DNA of 64,000 nt from contig NC_068987.1 in NCBI RefSeq assembly GCF_001194135.2, forward strand, positions 48,719,746 to 48,783,745. The letters run 5' to 3'. Shown piece after piece: positions 27,586 to 40,904 of the stretch. The position numbers and the translations under genes are program-made. Numbering within the stretch: position 1 is the first letter of the stretch; every line of letters starts with the position of its first letter. The notes below the pieces were generated by a model. That model was not told the origin of the DNA, did no database searches, and saw only the letters and a program-made list of their open reading frames with translations. The DNA is from Octopus bimaculoides (taxonomy: Eukaryota).

Positions 27586-28046
27586 AGCACTGAGAGAAAA
27601 AGAATGAAAAGAGAAAAGAGTCCAATCTGAAAAGAAAAAAAACAAGCAGCAAGAAACAAAGGAGATGCACAATGAGGTGTTCAAGAGCCCCCCAAGCTTT
27701 GGAAAAGCAATCAGAAGGGCCGAAAAAGGTTTTTCAGAGGGAAATGTAGAGCCTGGTTCTTCCAATGGTATCACAGTCCATGTGGAGCAGTATATGCTGT
27801 CAACTATCTTCACCAGTTCTACGTTGGTAGGGCCCTGGAACATGTCTCTGATTGTATGATTAAATTTGTTTCTTTATAGATCTGTTGTTGCTGGTATCAG
27901 CACCTTTAGCTGGCCCAGAAGGGATGATATTGACACTTGTCATACAAATGTGTTCTATGGTCCTACCCAGTTGGTTGGCACTGGACCCTTTACAGTTATT
28001 GAGCTGGAAAACATCAAGAAAGCATTTGCTCTTCTCACAAAAAGCC
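27329..28046 (+). mobile_element. Possible internally deleted DNA-transposon ORF remnant (superfamily not assigned)
   Basis: Charged N-terminal-like segment (MASSTERS..RSDPIKLEEHKKK..EVFKSPPSFGKAIRRAEK) followed closely by TFSWPRRDDIDTCHTNVFYGP, with stops and frameshifts. The resemblance to transposase-like ORF ends is from memory only. Confidence 0.35.
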
Positions 28047-28914
28047 ACTGTAAAAGTATTTGTTGAGCTGGAGAACACAGGTGCCTCTTCCTTTTCAAAC
28101 AGACCTTTGTCCTGAGTGTGTTTCTTAAGGATATTTTGGAATATTCTGGTTTAAAAGACAAAACTTATACCCCTTTGATTTGTAATTTGATGAGTGATTT
28201 TTGTAAACAGTCAGACTTTGTATACAATTATATATTTATTATATATAATTATTCATAATTTTTATATTTAATAACTATGCATTTTTTAGAGCAAGTTTGA
28301 CAAAATTGAAAAGGAGCTAGAGTATGTGATACATATTTTTGGTCAGTATAGCTCCTTCATGTGCACAAAAAGTTTAGATTGAGTGTTCTTAATAATATTT
28401 TCATTTTGATGCTCATCTGTGTATATTTATTTTCTAGATTACCATTTTAAAGCTAAATGTAGATTTGCTCCAAACTTTGTGGAAATTTATGAAAACTTTG
28501 CTCAGTTGAAACAAATTTGGAAATTAAACTATGTTGTTGATACACTTGCAGTATAAATGTTTACTTTATAACAAGTTATTGAAGTGGACACCTGCAACAG
28601 TATACTGTCCTACAAGGTGCTGTCCTATTCAGAAAACCTGAAAGATTGGGATTTCTTTCTGTTATCTTTTTTGACAAATGTAAAATATTGTAATTCAGCA
28701 TTCAATTAGTTTTTGTATATTATTACAAGATTCAGAAAAGTCACACACTGACACAGGTGACTTTGTAAAAACTAGAAGCTTCACTGCTCAAACAGACTCA
28801 AATGTCAAAATGTAAAAAAATTATTATGAGAAAAGCACTTCTGATTTTTCCCCTATGCAACATACGGAACAGTGTGTGTGTGTATGTGTGTATATATATG
28901 TATGTATATATGCG

Positions 28915-28962
<48 letters not shown>

Positions 28963-29534
28963 NNNNNNNNNNNNNNNNNNNNNNNNNNNNNNNNNNNNNN
29001 NNNNNNNNNNNNNNNNNNNNNNNNNNNNNNNNNNNNNNNNNNNNNNNNNNNNNNNNNNNNNNNNNNNNNNNNNNNNNNNNNNNNNNNNNNNNNNNNNNNN
29101 NNNNNNNNNNNNNNNNNNNNNNNNNNNNNNNNNNNNNNNNNNNNNNNNNNNNNNNNNNNNNNNNNNNNNNNNNNNNNNNNNNNNNNNNNNNNNNNNNNNN
29201 NNNNNNNNNNNNNNNNNNNNNNNNNNNNNNNNNNNNNNNNNNNNNNNNNNNNNNNNNNNNNNNNNNNNNNNNNNNNNNNNNNNNNNNNNNNNNNNNNNNN
29301 NNNNNNNNNNNNNNNNNNNNNNNNNNNNNNNNNNNNNNNNNNNNNNNNNNNNNNNNNNNNNNNNNNNNNNNNNNNNNNNNNNNNNNNNNNNNNNNNNNNN
29401 NNNNNNNNNNNNNNNNNNNNNNNNNNNNNNNNNNNNNNNNNNNNNNNNNNNNNNNNNNNNNNNNNNNNNNNNNNNNNNNNNNNNNNNNNNNNNNNNNNNN
29501 NNNNNNNNNNNNNNNNNNNNNNNNNNNNNNNNNN

Positions 29535-29570
<36 letters not shown>

Positions 29571-31049
29571 CATACACACGTATACATCAAAGTTTAGCTA
29601 TTTATAAATAATACGTCGAAGCAATTAAATATGTAATGTTTTTCTTAATCATCACAGAAATATTGTTTTGTAATTAAGTAGCATTTGTGAGAATAAAAAA
29701 TGATGCTTTTGCAACTGAAATTTGAGGACATTGCAAGTGAGACTTAGCAACTGTCCTAATCAACTGCAAGATTTCTTTGCAGTGTGAGTAGCACAGCTTT
29801 TGTAGTAATCTTAGAATTTGTGTGAGACATCGCTCTTGAGATACTCTCAGAATAACTTACATTGTAAACCTAGAAAAGCTTGAGCTGGATTTTCCCCATC
29901 ATCAGCTGAAAAATGATGATGATAAATGGCCACGTAACTAATTATATTTTTATTGCCATTTTGATTTAACTCTTTTTTAATGATATTTCTGTTGAAATAC
30001 ATTGCCTTTTGTTTCCAGTAACTTGGAAGAATAACTGAGAATTTAGTTGAATAACTTGTTATTTTTAAAACTTGTGTTTGAAAAATAAATTAACAGAATT
30101 TTGATGGAAAGTTTTAATTTAGATTATTTTAAAACAGGAAGTTTGTATCATAGAACCAAGAGTATTGTAAGGTAGGTTGATATCAAAAGTGTTAGCATGA
30201 TATAGTTTCAATAGCTCTGTTATATTATAAGCTTTCTCCAAACAACACCGCTCTAGTTTTATGGCATCAACATCTGATGAGAAATGAATTTTACTTGGAT
30301 GGAGTGTTAGTCTATTCAAATTAATAATTCCAGTGACAGGGTACTCATTACTGACAGTAAGATAAACTGAGCTAAATACTGAAATGCCTACAATAGATTT
30401 TAAATGAATATGAATGAACTGATTGTCCTACAGTATAAGTTCAGTTGTTTTATCCATGCATATGTATTCATATAGAGAATTATTGTATAAACATAAAAAG
30501 GTAAATCCATGATAATTAAGAGCTGGTTGTTAAACTTTGGCATTTTATTAAAGTAAATTCAAGTGGGACTGACTTGCATGCATATGCATAATTGGCTAAA
30601 ATAATCTTTAAGAGCAACATATTTAAAATAAAAGTAGTAAAGCATAACTTTCAATTATTGTTCAAATATTGTGATCAACAGTTATTTCATTAAGATAAAC
30701 ATCATTAACTGTATAATTACATAATTTTAACACAAAATTATTTTGAATTAGCTTAAGCACTGTATTTACTCAAATCATCAACAATATATTAGCCTTTTAA
30801 ACTTAGTTTAACTTAAATTTGATTTAAATTAACTATGTATTGCAATTATGTAATTATACATTTAATGATGTTCATCATAATGAAACAACTGATGTCTGCT
30901 CCCAACATGGCATCACAAGGCAAATAAAAGTTGCTATGTACTGTGTATATCTTTTACTTGTTTCAGTCATTAGACTGGGGCCATGCTGGATCACCGCCTT
31001 GACATTGACATTATTCATTTAATTATGTGAGACATAAATCCTTTACAGG

Positions 31050-31250
31050 CATCATGTAGGGGTCCTTGAACACTTCCATCAGAGATGTCTGAGAGACAGA
31101 GGTCTTGAGAAGAGCCCACATCCTAAGCATTGAGGGGATGGTGCACAAGCACTGTTTACATTGTTTGGATGCATGATTAGGGGATCCCTTAACAGATACT
31201 ATATGACAAATTTGTCTGTGGAAAGCACTACCAGCAGAAACCAAGGCTAT
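31050..31250 (+). mobile_element. Degenerate RTE (BovB-like) RT C-terminal fragment
   Basis: Translates ETEVLRRAHILSIEGMVHKHCLHCL with stops, resembling the NTEVLRRA..SIE...K..LRW region of RTE ORFs. Confidence 0.45.
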
Positions 31251-32673
31251 AATTTAAGGATTGTTTAAAGTCCTTTTTGAAAGCATGTGAAATTTGGGAG
31301 ATGAATTGGAAAAGCAATGTTTGTTATTGCTATCAATGGAACAAGCAAGTAAAGGAAGGAATGGGTATTAAAAAGAAATATGCATTTTTCATGCAGAATG
31401 TAAGCAAGCTGCTAGAAAATGCACTACCGATGTAGTGAATGGGGGAAGCTTTACCTACAATATCTGTGGACATACACATTTATCAAGGGCTGGGCTCATT
31501 AGTCACCAGTGGAGCCACAAGTATGAATTTGTCTTGAGTGCACAATGTTATTAATAGTCAGTAATAATCTTCCTTGTGTGTGTGCATGCATGTGGTGTGG
31601 TGTGTGTGTATGTTAGTTCAGGTCATGCATACAATTTTTTTAGGCTTATCTCTGATTACTGTAGGATCAGAAGTGGGATCAGAAAAATCTTTCCTTGGAT
31701 AGATCAGTTTATCTTAGTAACCTTTCCCCACAACAAGAATTGTTTTACAGGAATATACTGAATCATTTGAGAGTTAGGCAAGTGTTTTGGCCGTGGACAC
31801 ACTACAGTATTAGTGACAGAATATAATCTTCTGACACCTTGTTTGTTTTTTCAAAGTTCTTTCAGCTCAGCTATTCACACTTTCCTTTTATAGATATAGA
31901 TATCTTAGTAATTAATCACCTAATAAGACATTATGACAATTAGGCAAGTATCATGCAAAAATAAATCAGAATTTTTAAAAAAATAGAATTTTTAATCTTT
32001 GGTATCATTCTGCCCAAGGCAGCTTTTGGTTCTGTGGTACAAGCTTTCTGTTTTAAAGTGATCTAAGTCAAAATTTCATGTTAATTTTTGATCTAAATAA
32101 GAGCTTAATAACAACAAAGTTATTTTACTACATTCTTCATTATTTCTGGAATGAATCGAAATAAAAAGTGTATTTCAATAATGTGGTTACAAAAGGGTTA
32201 AAGGAATAGATACCCAAAATGTCATCTCAATAAGAATTGTAATTTAAGTTCAATATACACGTACAGAAGCAGTGCTTGGGCACATTGTCAGTGTTGTATC
32301 CTAGAGTCACTGGGTGCTTTGGGTCTTTCAACACACATCCTCATCCAGGTGATCCTGACCCATGTTGATCAATACTAAATAGTATTTTACTGACCCCACC
32401 AATTACCCCTTTTCAGCCAGATCTATCTGGCTCCAATCGTCCGCTTAATAACAGTAAAGTTATTTTACTATAGTCTTCATTATTTCTTAAATCAATTGAA
32501 ACATACAGGGTATATTTCAATAGAAATATGGTAACAAAATGGTTAAAAGAATCCTCATCTTTCCCAGCATGGTCTTGATAATGGTTGTAACTTACAATGT
32601 ATTAAAAGAAGTCTTGTCTATTACAAGCATTTATTTATGCCTTTATAAATTTGTATTTCATTTCCTTTTTCAG

Positions 32674-32849
32674 TGGATTCATTATGGTGTTTCTGCAATC
32701 CTTGTGCAGGAACAGTCGTCAACAATTCTTGCCTTGCAAAAGAAGGAAGCAAATGTTTCACTGCAATAGAAGAAAAAATGGAAAACAATATAGCAGTTGA
32801 TGTTTGGAGTTTTGGATGTTTGCCTCCACATGAAAGCACTGTCCTTCAG
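32674..32849 (+). CDS. BMPR1: BMP type I receptor (ALK3/6, thickveins-like), ectodomain exon
   Basis: Acceptor TTTCCTTTTTCAG, donor CAG|GTGAGT; phase 1 to 0. Encodes DSLWCFCNPCAGTVVNNSCLAKEGSKCFTAIEEKMENNIAVDVWSFGCLPPHESTVLQ, with six Cys of the activin-receptor (three-finger) ectodomain. Confidence 0.93.
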
Positions 32850-32940
32850 GTGAGTTTATTTCCATTTTGTAATTTTTCAAAATATTCAAAGTTTTCAATA
32901 AAGATGTGTGCATGCCTTTGTTCATGTACACATGCACACG

Positions 32941-32986
<46 letters not shown>

Positions 32987-35647
32987 CACACTCACACACA
33001 CACACACACACACACACACTGGCTGATTTCTTATTTTTTTTCCTCATGCTAACACCTAATGAATTGGCAAAGATCATCCTGATTAAAATTTTTATATAAG
33101 TCTTGATGCCTGACTGCTCAAGATGGGGTGAATTGGAGTTGTTTACCTGCTGTATCTTGGTGATACTAATGCATAAATAAATACCCAGATGCCAGCCTCC
33201 TTTATGTTCTGTACTAACCATGTATCAGTCTCTCTCTTCTTGAATACCAATATCTAGCAGGAAAGAGAATATCTTCAAATGTTATTTTTGCAACTTGGTT
33301 GCTCCTGTTATCTCCTGAGTGGAAGTTTACTTGATCCTAGAAACAACTCCCTTTGTACCTTGAAGGTCTACCCTGACACTTCACTAATTTTATTTCATGT
33401 AGCTACAGTTACATGAGATGTAAAGATTATACGTGTAGCTACAGCTACAAGAAACTTGTTTTACTCTGGTCCCTGCTCATACTTTTACTCCTCATCTCCT
33501 AGCATAAAGCCCACTCCCTCCTTGGGGTTCATGGTATTGCAAGCTGCATAGTGACCTCATTAGTGCTAGTAGCACAAAAAGGGCACCCAGTTCACACTGT
33601 AAAGTGTTTGGCATGACAGACAGGGTTTCTGAGTTTCTAGGTTATCCTTAATTTTTCTGTTAGTGTTTCAGTGAAGTTCTTTCGTATCTTCCTGGTGCCT
33701 GATAGCCTTTTCTCCACTGAAATACCAACCTTACAACCTTGAAATGGGCTGGCTGCTCATCTCTTGGCTCTACAAGTAGAAGTAAAGCTCTGTCAAAAGA
33801 ATGATGCCATTGATGTTTGGTTTAACTGAAAATGTAGCAGACTTAATGATGTTCACAGATAGCTGAACTTGTCTGACAGAACTTTTAGATATTTATTATC
33901 ATTATATTCATCGTTGTTGTTGTCATCATTATCATCATCTTTTTCCATGCATATCCTTACTGGTATGTGTTGGAAGGTTTGACAGGCTCTAATGGGTTTG
34001 AGGACTGCTTTGTGTTCCAGTGTTTACTTTGGCATGGTTTCAGTGGCTAGATCTCTTTCCTAATGGCAACCATTTTACAGAGTGCACTGGGTGCTCTTTT
34101 CATACCACCAGCACTAGTGAGGCTGGCTTGTAACTTGCAAGCATAAGATTACCCCTGATTGAGTGGGACTGTAGTTGAGAGGGAGGTGGCTTTATGCTAA
34201 ATGATAAGTGGTTAGAAGGGAACAGGTTTCTTACTGTGGAAGAGTTACATGACTACTCACATTAGTACTTAGATATGTTTCAACCAAAGATTGGCCTAGA
34301 TCTGTTCAGCGCTGTACCCATATCAGTCTTATTCCCCTGATTTCATGATTTTCAGTTTCTGCGTTTTTTTGGTCCCATCAGTTTTTTTGAATTGGCTGAA
34401 ATACAGAGGATGGCCAAAAGCCTTCCCAGATTCATCATTCTTTATAAATGTTTCAAATGTCAATTACTCTGAAGAAAATTGTTAAATAATGTTGTTCCAA
34501 GGGCCACAACACAGTGTTTTTTTCGAAAAGTTTTGTATTCATAAACTTCAAGGCAATAACTGGCATTTAAGCTTGCTTTTCTGCTGAATGAATTCTGCCA
34601 TTTGACTGAAAACCACCAGCTGCTTGAAGTTTACTCCATTAAGCTTTGTTATTCTCTTCTCATATTTATATAAAGAAATAATGTGAAAAAGCTTTTAATG
34701 ATACATTGTACTGGAGTTGTTGGTATTTTCTGTTATTACATTTATAAAGTTATGAATAATACCTTTTATTGGCATTTAATTTTGACAATGTTATTATTAT
34801 ATGTTTCTTTTTTTCTTTTTATTTGCTGTTACATTTGTCTTTGTCTATTACTTTCAATTCAAATGTGGTTGAGTACAAATTGTTAGTAGAAATGTAGTTA
34901 AATGTTAATAATAATGATGACAATTAAGTGCTGTCGTCGTGTAGTGGTTAGATGTCTTTTGTTGTTGTTGTTGTTGCTCTTGGATGACTGTTAGCACTTG
35001 TTACTTAGGGACATTCATTGTTCTAGCTGCAGCTGTTATTTATTTTTTTTGTTTGTTTGTCGCACAGATTTGCAGGTATTTGTCTCAAAGCAAGACTTAA
35101 AGTTTACAACAAGCATCTTAATGTAGATATTAATATCTTAAGTGATTCTACATAATAAGTCATGCAAGAAACTGCTATGTACCTTTCCTGATTTGAACTG
35201 ATGCTTGCAACTGAGCAAGTAAAAAAAATCAATTTGAAAATTACATTTCTGCTACAGGAAATAGAACAAAACTGAACGATTTAAAAAAAAAAAATTTCTT
35301 CCTTAGTTAATTTTTATTTCTTTAAATGTAAATTTATTTAAATGGTTTCAAATAAAAAGATTATGCTAGTTATTGTTATTCAAAATGGCTGCTGTCATTG
35401 TAAAATGTTTTATCATATTTCTTGGTGTGTACTGTATAAAGTAGGTGCAGTGTGGCTAAACGGTTAAGAAGTTCACTTTGCAACTCTGAGATCCTAGGCT
35501 CGATGCCACTGTATGATATCCTGGGCAAACGTAATTTTCTGTAACCTCAGGTCAATTGTCAATCCATGTCTTATGGATGAAATTGTATGGAAGCCTGTAG
35601 GCAGGATAGTACCTGTAATTCAAAAAATTGCAGCCTTATTACACATA

Positions 35648-36874
35648 CAGGGGTTGGACAAAATAATGGAAACACCTTAAAATTTGAAACAAATTTATTT
35701 TAATATAGAGTAGGACCGCCTTTGGCAGTAATTACAGCTTGAATTCTACGAAGTATGGAGTCATACAAAGTTTGAATTGTTTCCAAAAGAATTTTTGTCC
35801 ATTCTTCAGCTAAAACAGTCTTCAGTTCTTGTAGTAGTGATGGAGGATATCAACTCCTTACTTGTTTTTCTAAAATGCACCATAAATGTTCAATAATATT
35901 GAGATCTGGGGACTGTGGTGGCCAGATAAGATGTTCAACTTCACTAGAATGTTCCTCGTGCCATTCAGTAACAACTTTAGCTGTGTGAATTGGTGCATTA
36001 TCATCCTGAAAGATTGCGTTTCCATCCAGAAACAGTTCTGCAACCATAGGATGAATTTGATCAGGCTATTAATTCTGCCATGAAGGNNNNNNNNNNNNNN
36101 NNNNNNNNNNNNNNNNNNNNNNNNNNNNNNNNNNNNNNNNNNNNNNNNNNNNNNNNNNNNNNNNNNNNNNNNNNNNNNNNNNNNNNNNNNNNNNNNNNNN
36201 NNNNNNNNNNNNNNNNNNNNNNNNNNNNNNNNNNNNNNNNNNNNNNNNNNNNNNNNNNNNNNNNNNNNNNNNNNNNNNNNNNNNNNNNNNNNNNNNNNNN
36301 NNNNNNNNNNNNNNNNNNNNNNNNNNNNNNNNNNNNNNNNNNNNNNNNNNNNNNNNNNNNNNNNNNNNNNNNNNNNNNNNNNNNNNNNNNNNNNNNNNNN
36401 NNNNNNNNNNNNNNNNNNNNNNNNNNNNNNNNNNNNNAGAAATGAGGTAAAGGATGACTCGTCCAAGAAAATAACATTCTTCCACTGCTCTAGGAACCAA
36501 TTCTGTAGGTTTTTACTCCACTCTAAACGCTTTGCAATGTTTGTTTTTGAAAGTAGTGGTTTTCTGATTGCAGCCCTCCCATGAAATCCAGCTTTGTGCA
36601 GCTCCTGGCGAACAGTTTTTATGGAAACTGTTTTCTTGAGGTGGTCATTAAGCTCTGCAGTAATTTTGGGAGCTGTACTTTTGTGATCTTTTCTAACAAT
36701 TCACGTAAGAGTCTGACGGTCCGGATTTAAAAGTTTTGGTTTTCTTCTGGAGTTTTGTTTCGATGAGGTTTTTCCCTCTTTCTCAAAGGCTGTCATTACT
36801 TTCAAGACAGTACTTTTTGATACACCAAACATTTCAGCTGTTTTCATTATGCTAGTGCCTGCCATACGAGCACC
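35648..36874 (-). mobile_element. Tc1-family transposon, decayed; 5' end replaced by a Penelope-like element
   Basis: TA|CAGGGGTTGGACAAAATAATGGAAACACC TIR. Minus strand gives GARMAGTSIMKTAEMFGVSKSTV (HTH region), VIFLDESSF, FQDDNAPIHTAK and WPPQSPDLNIIEHLW (DD34E). N gap at 36087-36437. Confidence 0.93.
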
Positions 36875-38051
36875 TCTTGTCTGCTATACCTCCAAAATGT
36901 CACTACCCAGCACATCCAAAAGGTTAAAAATAGATTAGCTAGATTCTTCCGGAGAATGGGTTTTGGCATCGTATTTGAGGATGAGGTCTCCGTAGCCAAC
37001 TTCCTAGATGTAACTTTAGACTTACATAGCAACACACATTTTCCATTCCATAAACTATCAACGAATCTTAGGTACATAAGCCCTTTTAGTAACCATCCAA
37101 GGTCTATCATCAGTAATTTAGTTAAGAGTATTTCACTCTGACTTTCTAAACTTTCCTCTAACTCCCACATTTTCTATAAAGAGGCTGACTTTTATAATTC
37201 AGCCTTATTGAAGCCAGGTTACAAAGACAAGGTAAGATACATCAATTCATTTAGTGATCTTTCATCTTTTGTACAGCAGGATATTACCACTAATAGCAGG
37301 GATAAACTCAATTCTATTTCTTCCTTCTTCTCACTTAACTGAGAAAGAGGCACTTACTTATAATCATTGACATGAAAGAGGAGGCTTAACTGGTTCTAAA
37401 CACCTTAATAAAAACAAAAAACTTAATTTATTTAGCAATACTAACACTGCACCTAGATCTGATGACAACATGTGGTTCATCTTCCCATTTGGGAAACAAG
37501 TTAAATCCGATTTGGTTTTGCAGTTCCACGAAGCGGTGAATAGGAACTTTCCTAGGAGTTCTCACTATTACCCAATCATCAACACACATAAGGTTAGATT
37601 TGAGTTTTCTAATACAAAAAATATGTTACAAATAATTTCTTCCCATAATTTTAGACTTTTAGATTCACCTCTAGTCAGCCATACCCATTATGATGATAAT
37701 AATAGTAATAATAATAATAACAATTACTCCAGTAATACAACACACTCCTATGGTAGCAATGGTTATTTAGATAAAAATATAGGTAATAAGTACAACATTA
37801 GTAAATATAACAATAACTATCACAACGATAAGATTAGTATCTCGGAATCTAATTGTAATAGAATCAAGTTTTTGAGTGTGAACTCTAGGACCAGAAATGT
37901 GGTTTATCAATGTAAGGTAACGACTAACACAGAGGTCTCGCATTACATTGGTTGCTCTTCATCGCAGGTCTCTAAGAGAATCTCTAATCATTTCTCATCC
38001 GGTCTTAGTAAGTTAATCTGGAAACTTAAGGACTGCAACACACACATATGA
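36875..38051 (+). mobile_element. Penelope-like retroelement 3' fragment (RT C-terminus plus GIY-YIG endonuclease), decayed
   Basis: NFLDVTLDL...YISPFSNHPRSII, WFIFPFGKQVK...IISSHN and VVYQCKVTT...HYIGCSS...RISNH...LSKLIWKLKD follow the RT-thumb/linker/GIY-YIG order of PLEs. Stops are present. Confidence 0.85.
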
Positions 38052-38682
38052 CAGGTTTCATTAACTTTCTGTCAACAAAATGTACTCAGAAAGCTTTGCT
38101 TGGCCAAGGACTATGGTAGAAGATAATTGCCCAATGTGCCACGCAGTATGACTGATCTAAAAGCGTGTTGTTCGAAAGTAGACTTCTTAACCACATAGCC
38201 ATGCCTGTGCTTACGTAATTATGTGCTCTGAGTATCTATATACACATATGCACAACAAGATGTATAAATTAAAGATAAATTGTAGAAGAAAATGGAAAAA
38301 TAATAATAATAAATGACATTGTTTTTCTGTGTAATAGGTTGTGAACTATTGGCAAGAAATTGCTAGACCTGTAGAAATTAATTCCTTATAGAATTATGAT
38401 CAGTTCTTTGTGTGTAATTAGAAAGTGTAGCCCTCAAGCTATATTGGGAATTAGATGAAAACTTACAAATGTTCACTGCAATTAAAACAGTTTGTAGGTG
38501 TTGTAGTTTACAGAGACTTCTGTTAACATGTAATGTTAATAAATACTGTGATTGGTTTTCAATTGGACAAAATGCCTTGCAGTCTTTAATCAACTCCAGT
38601 TATGAACAGGGTTGATTAAATTGGTTATGCCCTCTTCTAAAATTTGTGGTCACATACCTATGATAGAAGTTATTATTATTAT

Positions 38683-39650
38683 AGAAGGATGTGAGCTAGT
38701 AGAACTGTTAGCATGTCGAACAAAATGCTTAGCAGCATTTTGTCTGTCTCTCTGTTCTGAGTTCAAATTCCACTGAGGTCAACTTTGCCTTTCATCTCTC
38801 CATGGTTGATAAAATAAAGTACCAGTCAAGCATTCAACTTGCTTCCACCCTTCAAAACTGCTGGCCTTGTGCCTAGGTTAGAAAACATTACCATTATTAA
38901 GAAAACAATTGAGAAAAATGGTATATGCCAGACTAGATGCTGTATAGTATTGAGTATGCTCTGGGTCAAATTCTGATTTTTCACTTCATTCAGGTCAACT
39001 TCGCCTTCCATCCCTTCTAAGTTGGGTGAAACAGTTACTCATTATTTATTAGGCTTAATTTAATTTATTATACCCCTTTCCTGAAATTTGTGGACCTGTG
39101 CTGTACTTAGAAATAATTTTTCTTGTTAGTATGGTAGACTAGCAGAAGTGGTATAGTGTAATAAGAGTGCTTAGGCTTGCCATTCTACATTTTGTGTTGA
39201 AATGAGATTGAGGTTGGCTTTGGTTCCATCCCTCTCAGATTAATAAAATATCAACCAATAACTGATGGAGTTGATTCAATTTAATACACTTCTTCCTTGA
39301 GCTGGCAGAATTGTTAGCATGTCAGACAAAATTCTTAGTAACATTTCTTCTGGCTTTCTTCTGTTTTGAGTTCAACTTTACCATTCATCCTTCCAGGGGT
39401 CAATAAGATATAATACCAGCAAAGTCTTGTGATCAATGGTATTGACTAACTCTTTCCTCCTAAAATTTCTGGCCATGTGCCAAAATTTGGAACTGAGGTC
39501 AGAATCATAAGCACATTGGAGAAAAAGGCTTAGCTGCATTTCTTCTGCTTCTTTACATTCTGAGATCAAATGCTGGCAAGGTTGACACACCTGTCATTAT
39601 TTCAGAGTCAATAAAATAAATACCAGTTGAGCACTGGAGTTGATATAATT
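38683..39650 (+). mobile_element. Head-to-tail train of ~5 diverged family D SINEs
   Basis: Units at ~38690, 38900, 39130, 39300 and 39500. A further copy lies at 40025-40248. Confidence 0.7.
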
Positions 39651-40249
39651 TTTTTGGATATAGGATTTGGTGCAGGATTCTGGTCAACAACCTGCATAGC
39701 AGCAATTGTGCTTCTACTGAAGGCTAGAGCCTTGCTTAGTTTAAAATAAATGTTGTTTCAGATTTAGTGTTTGAGTGGGGGAGGGATGCATGTAGGCATG
39801 AAAGAAAGCAAAGCAATTATTAGTGGCTTCATAGATTCATGTGTGTATAACATGACATGATTAACTTAAAAAACAGGGATATAAAAAAATTAGAAGTAAT
39901 TTTTTAATCTAATTTCTTGGACAATCACTATAAAGCTCTAAAGAAACCATTAGCACTAATCAAGAGTTTTTTTTTTTTTTGTCATAGAGTTTGTAAATAT
40001 ATTTGTTGAATTAATATTATTTGTCAAGGCAGTGAGTAGGCAGAATCGTTAGCATGTTGAGCAAAATGCTTAGTGACATTTCATCCATCATTATATTCTG
40101 AGCTCAATTTCTGCCGAGGTTGACTTTGCCTTTCATCCTTTTGGAGTTGATAAAATAAGTACAAGTTGAGTACTGACAATGCTGTAACTGACAATCTCCT
40201 TCCCCTGAAGTTGCTGACCATGTGCCAAAATTTGAAAGCAATATTATTA

Positions 40250-40904
40250 TTTACACAGTCTGAAAGTATTTGTAGAAAATTTCATAAATAAAGTACCTGT
40301 TTTTCTGAAAGTTACAGGGGAACAAAGTCAGCTCGTATGATGTTTCCAAACCTCCTCTCCTCAACCGCAGAAAAGTTTTTTTTTTATTACAGCAAATTCG
40401 GAATCTATACCATCTGAAGCGTATTTGTGGAAAATTTCATTAAAAAATAACCATTTTTTTCTGGAAGTTATGAGGAAAGAATGTCATCCTATCTACATTT
40501 ATGTGCAGAGAAAAACTGAGCACATCTCGTGCACATTATTGACACCCATTTGATGCATACTGAACGAAAGAAGTGTATTGTTTGCTTATATAAAACATGG
40601 AGTTATATAATGAAATATCTTTACATACAAAATGAGAGAGAAGTGAAGCAAGGCGATATGAAGATAAATGATAGCAATATAATCTTAGCATTATTTAAGC
40701 TAAAGCAATGGGTGTCTATACACAAATGTGCCACATCGATTTTGTTTCCTCATAACTTCTAGAAAAATGGGTATTTTAAAATGAAATTTTCTACAAATAC
40801 ACTTCAAATGGTGAAGATTCCGATTATATCGGAATGAAAGAACTTTCTGGTTACGGGAGAGGAGTTCCAGAAAATTTACGCGCATCGGCTTTGGTTCCTG
40901 ATAA
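40250..40904. mobile_element. MITE-like insert with ~130-bp internal inverted repeats, bracketed by a perfect 111-bp direct repeat
   Basis: 40352-40480 pairs with 40735-40864 (GGAATC..CCATCTGAAGCGTATTTGTGGAAAATTTCAT...GAAGTTATGAGGAAA). 40138-40248 is identical to 40905-41015. Confidence 0.7.

Noticed and set aside
35060-35170. Possible 8-nt microexon (CAG|ATTTGCAG|GTATT) and a nearby hairpin
   Set aside because: 8 nt would break the phase 0-0 frame, and the hairpin is AT-rich and heavily bulged.
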